Source of the DNA: Octopus sinensis
Lineage: Eukaryota
Length of the DNA: 64,000 bases
Direction of reading: 5' to 3'
Assembly: GCF_006345805.1 (NCBI RefSeq)
Contig: NC_042998.1
Coordinates: 121,148,001-121,212,000, forward strand
A program made the translations under genes and the position numbers. Shown piece after piece: positions 25,926 to 36,825 of the stretch (position 1 is the stretch's first letter; each line of letters begins with the position of its first letter). The notes beneath the pieces are model-generated. The model did no database searches. It saw only the letters and a list, made by a program, of their open reading frames with translations, and was not told the origin of the DNA.

Positions 25926-27989
25926 ATGATGAGGAAATACAATAGAACTATCCGATCCATGCTAGCAGCAAATGTAAACTGATGGGGATTCTAGTAACAG
26001 TTGAGATTGAAAGTTATTGAAAAAAGTTGTTTGTTTCAAAAGTTTTGAAAGACTGAAGATTGTCAAATATTTTGTGCCTTTTTTATGCTAAGAACAAGGC
26101 CAATTCTAGTGAGAAAATTCATTTTGAATTTTAAGGATTCATGTAGCAGCAACAGTGTAAATTCAAGATAGAATCCCAGAACTTAAACCTTTAGCATTCA
26201 GTTTACTTTGTTACATGTAATGCTTACTTATTCACATTGTTTCAATTAATCTTGCATTATCTCACAGTTTTAAGGTTTTGGTGATGTCATTTATTTTTAG
26301 ACTGATAATTAGGGTAGGTCTGGCCAGTTTGAGCATAAACAGGCAAAATATTTTGGTTAGATATGGTCAGTTTAAATGTAGCATATTTAATTATATTTAC
26401 CTAACTGTACATTGCATAATAATGGTTAATTTATGCCTGTTTTCATCAGACATTTCTAGAATTATATGAATGATAGCTTTCTGATGAAACACTATGAATG
26501 ATTCAAGAAAAACAAACACACATTTTATCAAAGTCAAATTTGGATAGAATATGTGAAATCACTAAAAAAGCAAAAACAATATAACTAAGCCTTATCTAAG
26601 AAACTCAGGTAAAGTGTAATTAATCATCTTAAATTAACTAACTCTAATCTCATGTTCAAAGTACACTTTTTTTCTTCAGGATTCAATCAGTTAACCTCGT
26701 AAATGTTACAGTTGTTTGTTACTATCATCTTTAGGCTAAAAATACCGAAGAAATTACACAGACTGGGTTATCTAAGTTCTTCAAATTTCAAACTGATTCT
26801 AGTTGGCAGAAGCCATACCTTCACTAGGGCAGTAATTGAAAGCATGTCATAAAATATTTTTAATTTTTAAAAAAATTTTGTCAAAAACTGACAAATATTT
26901 TAGGCTAAAAAGGAAAGGATAGAAAGTTATTTGTAATAGTTTTAGATCATTCATCTCCAACTCCACTTGTATTAAAATGCCTGTATGTAAATTAAAGTCC
27001 CACCAGATATTTCATTATTGATAATATAAAACCCATTTAGATAAACTTACATAGTTTTATGAAAGAATATTTTGTCAGTATCAGCATTTACATCAATTTT
27101 CCATACTGGTATGTTTTGATGGGCTGTCACAGTTCAAATCAGTTCTTAATTGGAATTATTGCCTTCCTAGATACATTGGAAGAACATGCCTCATTTATAT
27201 GTGCCATTTCTGGCATGGTTTCTATGACAATGCTTCTCCTAACATTAATCACTTTACAGAATGCACTGGGTAGATTTTTATCAAGGCACCAGCATTTGAG
27301 AGATTGCTATGTATCTTGTGAGTCTAAAGATTCCTATGAAGTCTCCATAATTTTCAAAAAATGTAACCAAGAGTGCAAATAGAAAGGATGTGATAAACAA
27401 GGACTATGAAAAAAAGAATATGCATATGAGCAAAACCAGAAAAACAATGATGGTATGATAGTTAGGAAAAGTGTATGAGCAGCTTGATCAAATAACAATA
27501 AAGACATAAGAAAGCAAGTGTAGATAGCAACAGAAGGTAAGAGTTGCAGGGTTAATATAAGAGAAACCATGATACTTACATATTGTTTGAGAGTAGAAGA
27601 ATGACTAGAAAACAGCATAAGCAGTGTGATAGGATAGTAATAAAGATGTATCATGGGTAGCAATACAAAATAAGAGTGGTAGATGTCAACTCAGTCACAT
27701 GGAGAATGATGGTTGGTAGTGGAGGGTGAGTGAAGATAGTGAATATAAATAGATCTAATGCCATCCTTTGTTACATAGGTGTCATGATGGTAGGAATAAT
27801 GTGGGGAGAGAGGTAAGGTGACAGTAATAATGGAAGGATTATTATAAACAGATAAGATGCCACAGGCAGCAAATTGTCAGTAGACAAACTCATAAGGAAT
27901 ATACTGAGCAAGTGATCTAGGTATGTATTCCAGGGTCTGTCACCACTATATTAATGATTGTTTTGCTATGCTTGTGCAGATGGATGCAC

Positions 27990-28560
27990 ATTCTTGAGCA
28001 CTGCATGCTGCCAATTACCACAATTCTTTGTCATCTTTGAGAGGTTGACTCCGTGAGGCCATCTTTACCACTTCATTCCAAGCCTTTCCACAGGTTCCAC
28101 TACTTCATGCTCTCACCATTTCTTTATGCAATTGACACCCTCCACATGCAGTCCATGCTCATACCAGTCTTGGCACTTGTATGTTACATCTGATTCCACT
28201 TAGGCTAGCTCATCTCTCATTTAATTTGTACTTCATCATTCCTGTACACTAACATCACTCACCCAGCAGAGCATGCTCACTTCATTTCTTTCCAGCTATT
28301 TAAGATCTACCACACTGTTTTCAACACTTGCATTTTGCATTATAAATTTCATTTTGCATCATAATTTTACCTTTCAATGAGAAACCTTTTGTCACCAGTA
28401 GAGATAATAGTTCCTTGAATTTTCTCCACACTGTTCTAATTCTGGTGACTATGCTTTTGGTAAAGCCATTTCTAATACTAATTAGGTTAGCTAGGTGCCA
28501 AAACCTATTAACCACTTGTGAACTTATCCAGGCATTCTTCAAATAACTCCTGCTGCATAC
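27990..28560 (-). mobile_element. Old RTE 3' coding remnant
   Basis: Seen: homology to 480-960; ORF 28321-28542 contains RIRTVWRKFKELLSLLVTKGFSLKGK. Confidence 0.75.
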
Positions 28561-30446
28561 AAAGTTTAACTTCTGTTAACTTAAAATAGTCAGCTTAATA
28601 AGCATATGAATGTATAATATTTTAAATGTTCCCATTATTATTTTGAAAATTATTTAAGACTTGGGTCAACCCTCATTAAATAAATTTTTGATCTAACACA
28701 TTCCAGCCATGATTCTCCCCACCAATTTCAAAAGTGTATAAGACTGCATTGTTTTGTTCTTTTTGTTAAAAATGATGGATGTGAATTTATGGAAATCAGA
28801 ATGTCATTTCTAGCAGGTTGAGCAACCAGAGGTAATACAGTTAGAAATAGAGATAGTAAAGGGTTAATATTGAATTATTTATTGCAAATCAGAATCCAAT
28901 CTCCTGTAAGATAAATATTATATACACGCACACACGTGTATGCGTGCACACACACACACACACACAGAGTAAAAATTAGAGATGAAGCACTTCAAAAAAG
29001 AGAAACAATTAACAAACCATTTATAAAATTTCATTTATTCAAACTAAATTCTAATCTAAAATGTAATAACAAAACCAGTTCAATTTACTGTCAGACTTAG
29101 ACAGAAAATTTTTTAAATTGGAAATTAAGATATTTTGATGAAAATAATACTACAATTGAAAAAGAATACATCGCAATATAGAATTTAATTTTTTAATATA
29201 TATATCATTAATAAAGTAGACTTTCAGACAAAGCCAATCATGCTCAAGGATGAATTCTAAAGTCATACCACTCATTTCAAGCACTCAAAATTTGTGAGAG
29301 AGAAAAAAAATCTTTGGAATTAGTCAGATTGCTAGCAACACATAATATCTCTGTAGAACACAGCACCAGATTTCCTTTAAAACAAGTTTCAAGAGAACAA
29401 CTTTCATGTTAGCTATTCCATTACCTACATTACCCTGACTAGCTTTATGTCAATTCAAAAAGATTTTCTGTTAAAATAATTTTCTAAAATAATACACCTA
29501 GTAGAAAAGAAAAAAAAAAAAAACTGCGAAGTTCAGAAGTGAGTTTCCAGGCAAGAAACACAGGAAGTACAAAAAATGAATTCCGTCACAAGGATTATCT
29601 CCCTTACACTCTTGACTTATATAGAATTATTAGTAAGGCCAAAAGTACTGAACTTATATACCGAAACTAAACTTTGGATTTTAACGCAACATTTAAATGT
29701 GGTACAAAATGAAGTTATTGCACTGAAACATGTGCAGGGGTAGGGCAATACAGAGTTAGAGATACAACTCAGCTCCATCACTTTTCAATCAACGATTGTT
29801 TAGATTGACAGAAATAGAAATATAGAAGTTATTTGCAACATTAGTATGAAATAGGAGCCATCCAATACAATCATGCTAAAATGTGATAGAATATTCTAGT
29901 GCAAGGCTAATCTTTGATAATAATGGCTCACAGAATTTAACAAATGGAAGGAAATAAAAACACCAGAGCTTGTGGAAGGTCTGTCTTGATAAAAAAAATT
30001 GAGGGAAGTTTGTATAGTTGGCTAAGTTTCTTGAGATTAGAATATTTCAGTCTTTCACTGGAGAGAGATCTTTTTCTCCTTTCCAACAAAGGAGTTTTCT
30101 TAAAACATCAGGATTCTCATCTCATACTATCTTAAATTTACAAACTTCTACAATTTCCCATACTGTTGCACTAACTGGTCAGTCTCATTACATATTAAAT
30201 TTTGAAAAGGGACAACAGTTTATTTTATACCCTTTACTGTCACAGATTTGCCAAACTCATTCTGGGTTTATAACAGCATGATAATTACAGTTCTTATGGA
30301 TGTATCTTTTTAAAACCCCTAGCATCTTCGCTGATTTTATAGAAGACCCAAACCTAGATGCAAATATGTAAGTCAACCTCTACAACTTAGTTCCTGTAAA
30401 ACCACTAGGCAGCTGTTTTCTAAGGTTAATTGGAAAAAATATACAT

Positions 30447-30465
30447 TTTATTTTACAGATTTATT
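30447..30465 (-). terminator. Candidate tandem AATAAA polyadenylation signals for BRI3
   Basis: Seen: TTTATT at 30460-30465 and 30447-30452 are the first canonical hexamers I found downstream of the BRI3 stop on the minus strand. Their use is inference. Confidence 0.35.
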
Positions 30466-31619
30466 AACTAAAATAGGAAATGATTTAGCATAAAAATAAA
30501 AATATGAATACGATTTGTTGAAGTGATGTAATGTTACATCAAATTAGGATATATATAACTAAGGTTTACTTCAGTGTTGCCCAGAAGAGAAATTTACTGA
30601 GCTGTGTATAGTTAAACACTATATTTGAACCATTTCCTCTTCACTGTATACAATGTGGTTTAAATAGGTCTGTAGAATGTAGAAAGTTTGGATGGAGCAA
30701 ATGTTCAGATTATCAGTGTCATATGGTACTAGAAAAATGTGAATTAACTGATTAATAATTCACAAATATAGTTTAAAGTAGATGTTTAAGCTATCTGAAA
30801 TGTTTTCATATACTCAAAATTCCAGAAATAAAGTTAAGTCATATATTAAGATCTTTTCTTATTTTTGTTTTTCACCAATTATCACAGGTTAGAAAATATT
30901 CAGTACTGATACTGACTGAACCAACAATCCATCATAAAGCATTCAAGTCAGGTTCCAGAACACACAATCATTTCTCAGATTAACACACACACATCTTGTG
31001 ATTTAACAGGGAATCAAATGCCAGAAATCAAAAATTGTTACAAACTAAGTATGTATGAAAAAAGATAAACCTAAAATCAGTAAAAAAAGGCTGTCTTGTT
31101 CTCAGGCACCTATAAGTATTTTTTAGGAAATTAGTAAGGAAAAAAAATTATACCAGGATTTTAAACACTTTTTTTAGTATATCAATTTGAAATCTTGATA
31201 AACTTCTTTGAAAAAAATGTTAAATTATAACTAAATGTTATGAGAGACTACTCCAATCAGCAAGGTTTTCACCAACAAACCTGAGTAATTTATCTCTCAC
31301 GTCTCACCTAATCAGCACTTAAAAGTTCAACTGAATCAAGATAGCCATAGTTCTAATAAAAGAATTATGTCAGCTAGTTATTCCAACAAGTAAATTTTAT
31401 ATCACATTCATTAGCTTTTTGGGGGAGGCCAAAAGTCTTAAACTCAGTTTCAGTAGGGAAGAGGAACAGGGTCGGTCCCTACCACCAATGATAAATTGAA
31501 AAACATTACAGAAAATTTTGGTTGGTGTTAGCATCGAGAGGTCAAGTAAAGATTAATGATACAATTTCAGTGATAATGACCATGATTTGACAAACACTAA
31601 TACTAATATTGTATTGGTG

Positions 31620-31860
31620 TGTGCAAGATATATACACACATACACACAGGTGTATATATATATATCATATATATATCATATACACACACATACAGATATA
31701 TATATATATCATATATATATCATATACACACACATACAGATATATATCATATACATATATATACATAGACGCATATATCCACACACACATACATACAAAT
31801 GCATATATACACATGCATATATATATATACACATGCATATATATATATGCACACACATGC

Positions 31861-31892
<32 letters not shown>

Positions 31893-31980
31893 ACACATAT
31901 GCATATATATATATATATACACACACACACATACACACATATGCATATATATATATACACACACACATACACACATATGC

Positions 31981-32013
<33 letters not shown>

Positions 32014-32148
32014 TATGCATATATATATATATACACATACACACATATGCATATATATATATACACATACACACATATGCATATATATATACACACACAT
32101 ACACATATATATATACACACACACACACACACATACACATATATATAT

Positions 32149-32179
<31 letters not shown>

Positions 32180-32681
32180 TACACATATATATATATACAC
32201 ACACACACACCACACATATACACACACACATACATATACACACATATACACACACACATACATATACACACACACACATACACATATATATACACACACA
32301 CACATACACATATATATACACACACACACACACATATATATACACACACACACATATGCATATATATATACACACACACATGCATATATATATACACACA
32401 CACATACATATATACACATACATATATATATATATATACACACACACATACATATGCATATATATATACACACACATACATACATATGCATATATATACA
32501 CACACACATACATACATATGCATATATATATACACACACACACATACATATGCATATATATACACACACACACATACATATGCATATATATACACACACA
32601 CACATACATACATATGCATATATATACACACACACACATACATACATATGCATATATATACACACACACACATACATATGC

Positions 32682-32718
<37 letters not shown>

Positions 32719-33530
32719 CACACACACATACATATGCATATATATATACACACACACATACATATGCATATATATATATACACACACACATATCCTATGC
32801 ATATATATATATACACACACACATATCCTATGCATATATATATACACACACACACATATCCTATGCATATATATATATATACACACACACATATCCTATA
32901 GACAGATATATACATATATCATATAGACACATATGTGTGTGTCTATATGATACATATATATGTGTCTATATGATATATGTATATATCTGTGTCTATATAT
33001 GTATATATCATATAGGCACAGATATATACATATATCATAGACACACATATACATATATCATATAGACACACATATACATATATCATAGACACACACATAC
33101 ATATATCATAGACACACACATACATATATCATAGACACACACATACATATATCATAGACACACATTACACACATACATATATACACGATACACACACATA
33201 ATATACAATACATATCATACACACATCATGTATCCACACACGTGTATGTCGTGTATCCACACACGTGTATGTCGTGTATCCACACACGTGTATGTCGTGT
33301 ATCCACACACGTGTATGTCGTGTATCCACACACGTGTATGTCGTGTATCCACACACGTGTATGTCGTGTATCCACACACGTGTATGTCGTGTATCCACAC
33401 ACGTGTATGTCATGTATCCACACACATGTATGTCATGTATCCACACACGTGTAAATCACATATTCACATGTATATTATATTATATATATATATATACATA
33501 TATATATACTAATATTTATATATATATTTA
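31620..33530. repeat. About 1.9-kb compound (CA)/(TA)/(TATGCA) microsatellite just downstream of the BRI3 stop
   Basis: Seen directly; the 360-492 aa H/T/Y/I ORFs are artefacts. Confidence 0.96.
33228..33455. repeat. 23-bp minisatellite (about 10 units of ACACGTGTATGTCGTGTATCCAC)
   Basis: Seen: near-identical units; most contain the palindrome CACGTG. Confidence 0.92.
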
Positions 33531-33670
33531 AGTTGTGCGCATGTATCTGGATGTGTGTGCATATATCCATACACACACACATTCAGAAACAATGTTAATT
33601 TTTACAAATATGAGTCAGCTTCAAATTCAAAACAGTTTAGTCCATTGTAAAAAGTAACCATGATATTAAG

Positions 33671-33802
33671 TTAACCAAAGATGGCACCACAATTGGGACA
33701 TCTCCGTTGTCGCATGGCTAAACAGCAAAGAATTCCTACTGGGAAAAATAACAGAGCACACAGCACTCCGAGACATGTGAAATCATCTTCAAGAATGCCA
33801 AC
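33671..33802 (-). CDS. BRI3: BRI3 coding exon 3 (last): [43 protein letters not shown]
   Basis: Seen: TTTTTCAG acceptor (33803-33810), 132 nt = 43 codons + TAA, phase 0. Recalled: matches the BRI3 C-terminus ([42 protein letters not shown]). Missed by the ORF track. Confidence 0.95.
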   Translation of the reverse strand, partial: VGILEDDFTCLGVLCALLFFPVGILCCLAMRQRRCPNCGAIFG

Positions 33803-34114
33803 CTGAAAAAGAAAAAAATAATATACATAAAACACTACATAACTAAAATTTGATAGAAGATAGCAAACAGTTTGAAAAGAGAATTGAAGTAGATAAACAA
33901 CAATTGCTAATGTAGTTCAATTAATAAAGATCTTGTTATGGGGGGCAATGACATGGCTGCATGTCTAAGAAGTTTGCTTCGTTATTTACATTTAACGGAT
34001 ATTTGTCATCTTTGTTGTTAACACAACGTTTCAGCTGATATACCCTCCAGGGGAAATTTCAAACCTGGGTTCTCATTCGTAAGGTATTTTTCGATATTAT
34101 TATTATTAGTGTTC

Positions 34115-34192
34115 AGGTCACTGTTTGGAATCGAACTCAGAATCTTGGAGTTAGTAGCTCGTGCTCTTAACCACTACGCCATATGCCCATGG
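34115..34192 (-). pseudogene. tRNA-derived Pol III promoter segment (A and B boxes); not a functional tRNA
   Basis: Seen on minus: GGGCATATGGCGTAGTGGTTAAGAGCACGAGCTACTAACTCCAAGATTCTGAGTTCGATTCC. A box TGGCGTAGTGG, B box GAGTTCGATTCC; acceptor stem does not close. The copy at 34480-34530 has lost the anticodon arm. Confidence 0.75.
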
Positions 34193-34600
34193 GCACTCAT
34201 GGAGTGAATTTTAGGGCTTATAAATCTAATATTTTTCTATCCTTCCTTGGATATTATATATAGAATTATAGAGTGTATCATGTATTAATGTACACACAAT
34301 ACATATCATACACACACACACATATATATATCGGTATTAAGCAAGGATAGAGAAATATTAGATTTATAAGCCCAAAAATTCACTCCATAATTGTGGTGCA
34401 CCTGAGCACTGTATACAATAATTTCATTATTATTATTATAAACAAGGTTAAAGAAGAAACAAAAAAAAAAAAAATTGCCCACGGGCATATGGCGTAGTGG
34501 TTAAGAGCTCGATTCCAAGCAGTGACCTGAACACCAACAACAATAATAATAATAATAATAAAACCTTAGGAATGAGAAAACGGGTTCGAAATTTCGCCAA

Positions 34601-34646
34601 GACACCTGAAGAAGGCTGGAGGGTATATCAGCCGAAACATTGTGTT
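34601..34646 (+). ncRNA. Minimal type-I hammerhead ribozyme motif (this copy mutated at the cleavage triplet)
   Basis: Seen: stem I GACAC/GTGTT; CTGAAGA; one extra A; stem II GGCTG-GAGGGTATAT-CAGCC; GAAAC; then ATT here, versus GTT in the left arm (GAAACGTTGTGTT on minus, about 34020-34033). Established: minimal hammerheads occur in Penelope-like element terminal repeats. Confidence 0.7.
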
Positions 34647-35561
34647 AACAACAAACAAGATGAGGATGAATATCCGTCGGATGTAAATAATGTACATAAT
34701 TCCTACTCTCTTAAATATAGAACTGTAAGAAGTTTGCTTCTCAACATAATTTCGGAGACAATGTTTTCTACTGAAGTCCCAAAGACTTGTAAGAGGATCT
34801 AGTAGATATGAAATGAAAGAAACTGATAACACATGCACACACACACACACACACGTGTGTGTGCTTATATTTGTGCTTTGCAAATTGCTCAGCTACAAGC
34901 AGCGACACTGTTTCCTTGTAAACTGATTACAAGCAGGTTTTGTGCTTTCAAAAATGTATCATCATTTAACATCCATCTTTCATGCTACCCTGAGTGGGAC
35001 AGATACACAAAAGCTGGCCAGGCCAAAGCCTGTACCAAACTTCTGTGACTGTTTTGGCAAGATTTTTACAGCTGGATGCCCTTCCTAATACCACTCACTC
35101 AGCAGAGTGGACTTAGTGCTTCTTACATGGCACAAGCACAGGCAAGGTGAATTTTGGCAAGGTTTTTACAGCTGGATGCCCTTCCGAATACCAACAACTT
35201 TACAGTGTGGACGTACTTGAAAACCATGTAAGGGTTAGCAACAGGAAAAACATTCAGGTGTAAAACAATTCTCCAATAATATATTCATCAAAACCATGCT
35301 ACCAGGGAAAAATATGTGAAAAACAAATGGTTGATAAAGATTATATATCATTTAATATCCACTTTTCCATGTCTGCATGGATCAGGTAGAATTTGTTGAG
35401 GTAGGTTTTTCTATGACTAGATGCCTTTCCTCTCACCAACCCTCAGCTGTTTCAAAACCAGGTAACATTTCTCCATAACCAGACATGTTCTTCATGGGAG
35501 ACTGGAAATAACATCACAACCGTCACATATCTAGACAAGAGTAGACAAACACACACACACA

Positions 35562-35725
35562 CTGGGCTTCTTTCAGTTTCTATCTCATCCATGAAATCCA
35601 CTCACAAGGTTTTGGTTAGCCAAGACTAACCGAAAGACATTTTCTCAAGGTGCCATGCAGTGGGGACTGAACCCGGGTCCAGATGGTTGGGAAGCAAGCT
35701 TCTTAACCATACAGCCATGCTTGCA
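35562..35725 (-). mobile_element. tRNA-headed SINE 5' half (BRI3 intron)
   Basis: Seen: reverse complement of the 4118 head (GGTGCCATGCAGTGGGGACTGAACCCGGG...). Confidence 0.8.
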
Positions 35726-36694
35726 CACATACGTTTAGTGCTTGGTATTACTTCTGTAACTTAGTTTCAGAGTGGCCTCCAGGATTTTGGACACAATAGT
35801 GCAGAAGTAACAACAAACACAAAAGATACACTCTATAATTCTATATATAATACTGTAAGTGTTATACATGGAATAAAGAGAAAACTGTATCTATCTACTC
35901 TCTTTACAATACACATTGTGACCTAAGAGGTTTATTAGACAAACCATAGTTAATCTCATGACGTTATTTTACAAAGCTTCTAATTTATGATACCATCAAG
36001 ACCATAAAACAATAGAGAGCCAATCTGGGAGAAATTGTTTGAGTGACATTCCAGAAACCTCATTAGTTTTTTTGATCCATAACAATGTAATTTGTATTTT
36101 ATGTAAATCACAAAATCTGTCACAGGAATATCAGCTTATACAATCTTACATGTCCTCCAATTCAAGAGTAAATGTTTTACAACATTCACTTATATCCTTT
36201 AGGTTCTCAGTTCAAATCCAGATGAATATCTAAACTGTTCATGCTTTCAATGTCAATAAAATACTTATGTACGAGGGCTGGTTAAATCAAACTTCTGTGA
36301 AATTTATAGCTATGTGCCAATGTTAGGAACAGTTACTCCATGAATTGTAAAGAACAAAAAAAAATTATTTTTAAAGCTCTAGCAAAAATAAATAAAAGTA
36401 ATGAACATCTGACTCCATATACGAAACCAGCAGAGTAGAAAGGAGTGAGACTGTGTTAGAGAACAGTAGAATATTTGACTCCTCGAATAGATCATTAATT
36501 ACACAGTAAAAAGCCTTCAATGCCAGTTGCATTGCATAAAATTAATAAAATAGTCTTTTTACAAACATGTATAAAGGGATTTAAGGAAAAATAACAAGAT
36601 GCATCAATTTTGTATGTAGCTTTATACAGTTAGTTAAATGAGTAAGATCTAACTTAATGTGCAAGAATGAATGAATGAATGAATGAACACTAAC

Positions 36695-36825
36695 CCTGCA
36701 AGCTGGACAACCTCCGACTACAACTACTTGTGGAGGAGGCTGAACTGTAACAGTTGTGTGTTGATGTGGGGGATAATAGGTAGGCATTGGTTGTTGGTTC
36801 ATAGAACCATAGTTTCCAGTGTAAC
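36695..36825 (-). CDS. BRI3: BRI3 coding exon 2: (G)YTGNYGSMNQQPMPTYYPPHQHTTVTVQPPPQVVVVGGCPACR
   Basis: Seen: CTTTATCTTTTGCAG acceptor, 131 nt (2 + 43 codons), GTTAGT donor at 36694. Ends in VVVGGCPxCR, the recalled BRI3 signature. Phases match exons 1 and 3. Confidence 0.95.

Larger units (their letters stand above)
33981..34725. mobile_element. Inverted-arm retro-insertion with 15-bp TSD; each arm = tRNA-like head + hammerhead-type tail (Penelope-like-element-associated)
   Basis: Seen: TAAGAAGTTTGCTTC at 33966-33980 and 34726-34740. 33981-34250 is the imperfect reverse complement of 34340-34690. It is inserted into a decayed SINE head. Confidence 0.85.

Noticed and set aside
26736-26850. 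Possible terminal exon after TCATCTTTAG (two frames open for 30-38 codons)
   Set aside because: No recognisable protein and the frame is ambiguous.
33228-33455. Regular 23-bp repeats considered as a CRISPR-like array (likewise the 159-bp units at 56282)
   Set aside because: No unique spacers, eukaryotic context and no cas genes.
31587-33531. 360-492 aa His/Thr/Tyr-rich ORFs and WIHDIHVCG repeats
   Set aside because: Microsatellite and 23-bp minisatellite artefacts, open in several frames on both strands.
34115-34192. Possible functional tRNA gene
   Set aside because: Acceptor stem does not pair, the anticodon arm is weak, and it is embedded in a repeat with a deleted twin; treated as a SINE-type head.
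36581-36802. ORF-track 73-aa protein starting MNQQP as a stand-alone gene
   Set aside because: It is an internal BRI3 exon; the tail after CPACR is intron read-through past the GTTAGT donor.
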